From an uncultured Streptococcus sp. (GTDB taxonomy: Bacteria; Bacillota; Bacilli; Lactobacillales; Streptococcaceae), in the NCBI GenBank assembly GCA_963536045.1, contig CAUSZI010000002.1, positions 4,757 to 68,756 on the forward strand: a stretch of 64,000 nt of DNA. The letters run 5' to 3'. Below the pieces are notes generated by a model. The model was not told the DNA's origin. It saw only the letters and a list, made by a program, of their open reading frames with translations, and did not search any database. Shown here one piece after another: positions 61,740 through 64,000 of the stretch (within the stretch, counting starts at the first letter, position 1; every line of letters starts with the position of its first letter). The position numbers were made by a program, and so were the translations under genes.

Positions 61740-62482
61740 TGATTAATATTTCACATTTAAGTAAGAATTTTTCAGGTCAAAAGGTTCTGGATAATCTTAG
61801 TTTGGACATTCAAAAAGGCGAAGTGGTAGCTTTGATTGGCTCTTCGGGTGCTGGGAAGTCAACCTTTCTCCGTAGCCTCAACTATCTGGAACAGCCAGAT
61901 AGCGGAAAGATTGCTATCGACGGCTTTAAAGTAGATTTTTCAAGGATTTCCAAAGATGAGATTTTGCTGCTGCGCCGCAAGCTAGCCATGGTCTTTCAGC
62001 AGTTTAATCTCTTTTCCCGCCGGACAGCTCTGGAAAATGTCAAGGAAGGTCTGCTGGTAGTTAAGAAACTGTCAGACCAAGAAGCGACTAAGATAGCCAA
62101 GGAAGAGTTAGCAAAAGTTGGCTTGTCAGACCGAGAAAATCACTATCCTAGACATCTGTCAGGCGGTCAGAAGCAGCGGGTAGCGTTAGCAAGGGCTTTG
62201 GCTATGAATCCAGATGTTCTTTTGCTAGACGAGCCGACCTCAGCCTTGGACCCCGAGTTGGTCGGAGAAGTAGAGAAATCAATCGCTGATGCAGCCAAGT
62301 CTGGCCAAACCATGATTCTGGTCAGTCATGATATGTCCTTTGTCGCTCAGGTTGCGGATAGAGTACTCTTTTTGGACAAGGGGAAAATCATAGAGTCTGG
62401 CACACCAGATGAAATTATCCATCATCCAAAGGAAGAAAGAACCAAGGAATTTTTTGCTAGTTACAAACGGACCTATATTTGA
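61739..62482 (+). CDS. Polar amino acid ABC transporter ATP-binding protein (TcyC-like)
   Basis: GSSGAGKST, MVFQQFNLF, LSGGQKQRV, DEPTSALDPEL. Confidence 0.92.
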   Translation: MINISHLSKNFSGQKVLDNLSLDIQKGEVVALIGSSGAGKSTFLRSLNYLEQPDSGKIAIDGFKVDFSRISKDEILLLRRKLAMVFQQFNLFSRRTALENVKEGLLVVKKLSDQEATKIAKEELAKVGLSDRENHYPRHLSGGQKQRVALARALAMNPDVLLLDEPTSALDPELVGEVEKSIADAAKSGQTMILVSHDMSFVAQVADRVLFLDKGKIIESGTPDEIIHHPKEERTKEFFASYKRTYI

Positions 62483-62653
62483 TATAATAGAGACAGTGAA
62501 GGCTCAGTTGGCTAGACCAGCTGAGTTTGTTTTCAGTCTTAGCATACTGTGGAGCAGGCTTTCTTGTCTAGTGGGTGTTTTATGCTGACAGCTAGATTTA
62601 GAGTTGTTCCCTTTCTTTGCACTATGAGGCTGATTGACCTTTGAGGAGTTGAC

Positions 62654-62878
62654 ATGTTAGATCAAATATTTGCACTTTATATCGAGAGCTTGGTTTATAC
62701 TGCAGTTGGTGTAGGGATTATTGCAGGTTTATGGATTGGACTGCGGATGATTCGCCGCAAGGACAAGACAGCCAAGGAGCGCCAGAGCCATCTGTACGAT
62801 GTCCTTTTGATTGTCATTATGACGATTCCAGTCCTGTCTTTTGCGACGCTGGGCTTGCTCATTGTCCTAAAAGCTTAA
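62654..62878 (+). CDS. DUF4059-like small membrane protein
   Basis: Two TM helices, DKTAKERQ..LYDVLLI; GAGGAG RBS; upstream of trxB. Confidence 0.7.
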   Translation: MLDQIFALYIESLVYTAVGVGIIAGLWIGLRMIRRKDKTAKERQSHLYDVLLIVIMTIPVLSFATLGLLIVLKA

Positions 62879-62943
62879 ATGCTTGTAAAACTGTAGAAAA
62901 GTTGTTAGAATAATTCTAGTTACAACAAGGAGAAAGAAAAGTT

Positions 62944-63858
62944 ATGTACGATACAATTATTATTGGAGCTGGGCCTGCCGGCATGACAGCTGCCCTCTAT
63001 GCAGCCCGCAGCAACCTAAAAGTTGCCCTGCTGGAGCGTGGTATTCCTGGTGGTCAGATGAATAATACTGCTGACATTGAAAACTATCCAGGCTATGCTA
63101 ATATCAGCGGTCCTGAGCTAGCAGAGAAAATGTTTGAGCCTCTTGAGAATCTAGGGGTTGAACATTTATTTGGCCTAGTAGAAAAAATTGAAGACCGAGG
63201 TGATTTCAAGGAAATCATCACAGAGGATGAGCGTTTTGAAACTAAAACAGTCATCATTGCTTCTGGTGCTAATCATCGTCATTTAGGGGTTCCTGGTGAG
63301 GAAGACTACAACAGCCGCGGGGTTTCTTACTGCGCGGTCTGTGATGGCGCATTTTTCCGTGATGAAGACCTGCTGGTTGTCGGTGGTGGCGACTCAGCGG
63401 TAGAGGAAGCTATTTTCCTGACGCGCTTTGCAAAAAGTGTGACCATTGTTCACCGTCGTGATGAGCTACGAGCACAAAAGGTGCTGCAGGATCGCGCCTT
63501 TGCCAACGAAAAGATTCGCTTTGTCTGGGATTCTGTGGTGGAAAGTATCCATGGTGATGAACGTAAGGTGACTGGTGTAATCTTCAAGAATGTCAAGACA
63601 GGTGAGGTTAGTCAGGCAGAGTTTGGCGGTATCTTTATCTATGTTGGCTTAGATCCAGTTAGCGAATTTGCTGCGGACTTGGGCATCACTGATGAGGCTG
63701 GCTGGATTCTGACGGATCATCAAATGAAAACGTCAGTAGCAGGCATTTACGCTGTTGGTGATGTTCGCCAGAAAGACCTGCGCCAGATTACGACGGCTGT
63801 TGGCGATGGTGCTATTGCCAGTCAGGAAGCCTACAAATACCTTACAGAGCAAGCATAA
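62944..63858 (+). CDS. trxB: Thioredoxin reductase
   Basis: GAGPAG, GVSYCAVCDG, VGGGDSAVEEA, HRRD, AVGDV. Confidence 0.97.
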   Translation: MYDTIIIGAGPAGMTAALYAARSNLKVALLERGIPGGQMNNTADIENYPGYANISGPELAEKMFEPLENLGVEHLFGLVEKIEDRGDFKEIITEDERFETKTVIIASGANHRHLGVPGEEDYNSRGVSYCAVCDGAFFRDEDLLVVGGGDSAVEEAIFLTRFAKSVTIVHRRDELRAQKVLQDRAFANEKIRFVWDSVVESIHGDERKVTGVIFKNVKTGEVSQAEFGGIFIYVGLDPVSEFAADLGITDEAGWILTDHQMKTSVAGIYAVGDVRQKDLRQITTAVGDGAIASQEAYKYLTEQA

Positions 63859-63864
63859 AAATAT

Positions 63865-63919
63865 AAGCTAAGCAAGTGTGTCTATTCAAGTGAGTTGACA
63901 GGATTTGCTTAGCTTTTTT
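63865..63919 (+). terminator. Terminator after trxB
   Basis: AAGCTAAGCAA..TTGCTTAGCTT followed by a T run. Confidence 0.65.
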
Positions 63920-63965
63920 GGAATTATGATATAATATAAGGTATCTAGCATAAAGGAGCAAGAAG

Positions 63966-64000
63966 ATGTACCCAGATGATAGTTTAACTCTGCACACTGA
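63966..64000 (+). CDS. pncB: Nicotinate phosphoribosyltransferase (5' fragment; runs off the window)
   Basis: AAGGAG RBS then MYPDDSLTLHT(D), the typical streptococcal PncB N-terminus, after trxB. Confidence 0.75.
   Translation, partial: MYPDDSLTLHT

Overview
Chromosomal window from an oral streptococcus; gene order and protein sequences look most like the Streptococcus sanguinis group (inference, not a database hit). Most of it is core genome: fabK-fabD-fabG-fabF-accB-fabZ-accC-accD-accA, T-box-serS, the mannose PTS manLMN-manO, adhP, tsaE-GNAT-lytR/brpA, hit, ecsAB, ccrZ-trmB, rimP-nusA-ylxR-ylxQ-infB-rbfA, nagA, T-box-glyQS, rsmH-ftsL-pbp2x-mraY, cshB, a tcyBC-like ABC pair, trxB and the start of pncB. 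I found no rRNA, tRNA, transposase, integrase or canonical CRISPR array. The accessory-looking slot is about 38.0-43.7 kb: an unannotated degenerate 42-nt-period tandem array, a long hairpin and 21-nt repeats, a DUF6261-like helical protein, and a very AT-rich 1321-aa membrane-anchored YobI/KAP-type P-loop NTPase (candidate defence locus). Other notable observations: an internal ~29-aa duplication in the predicted surface loop of the Man-PTS IID subunit (a bacteriocin-receptor region); a duplicated glyQ translation start flanking a structured insert; rimP apparently starting at ATC; a YSIRK subtilase with no LPXTG anchor; an XRE-DUF3278 paralogue cassette with a small ORF missed by the ORF track; and several clear regulator boxes (CiaR, CcpA, Rex, NagR, CmbR/CysR, TetR).
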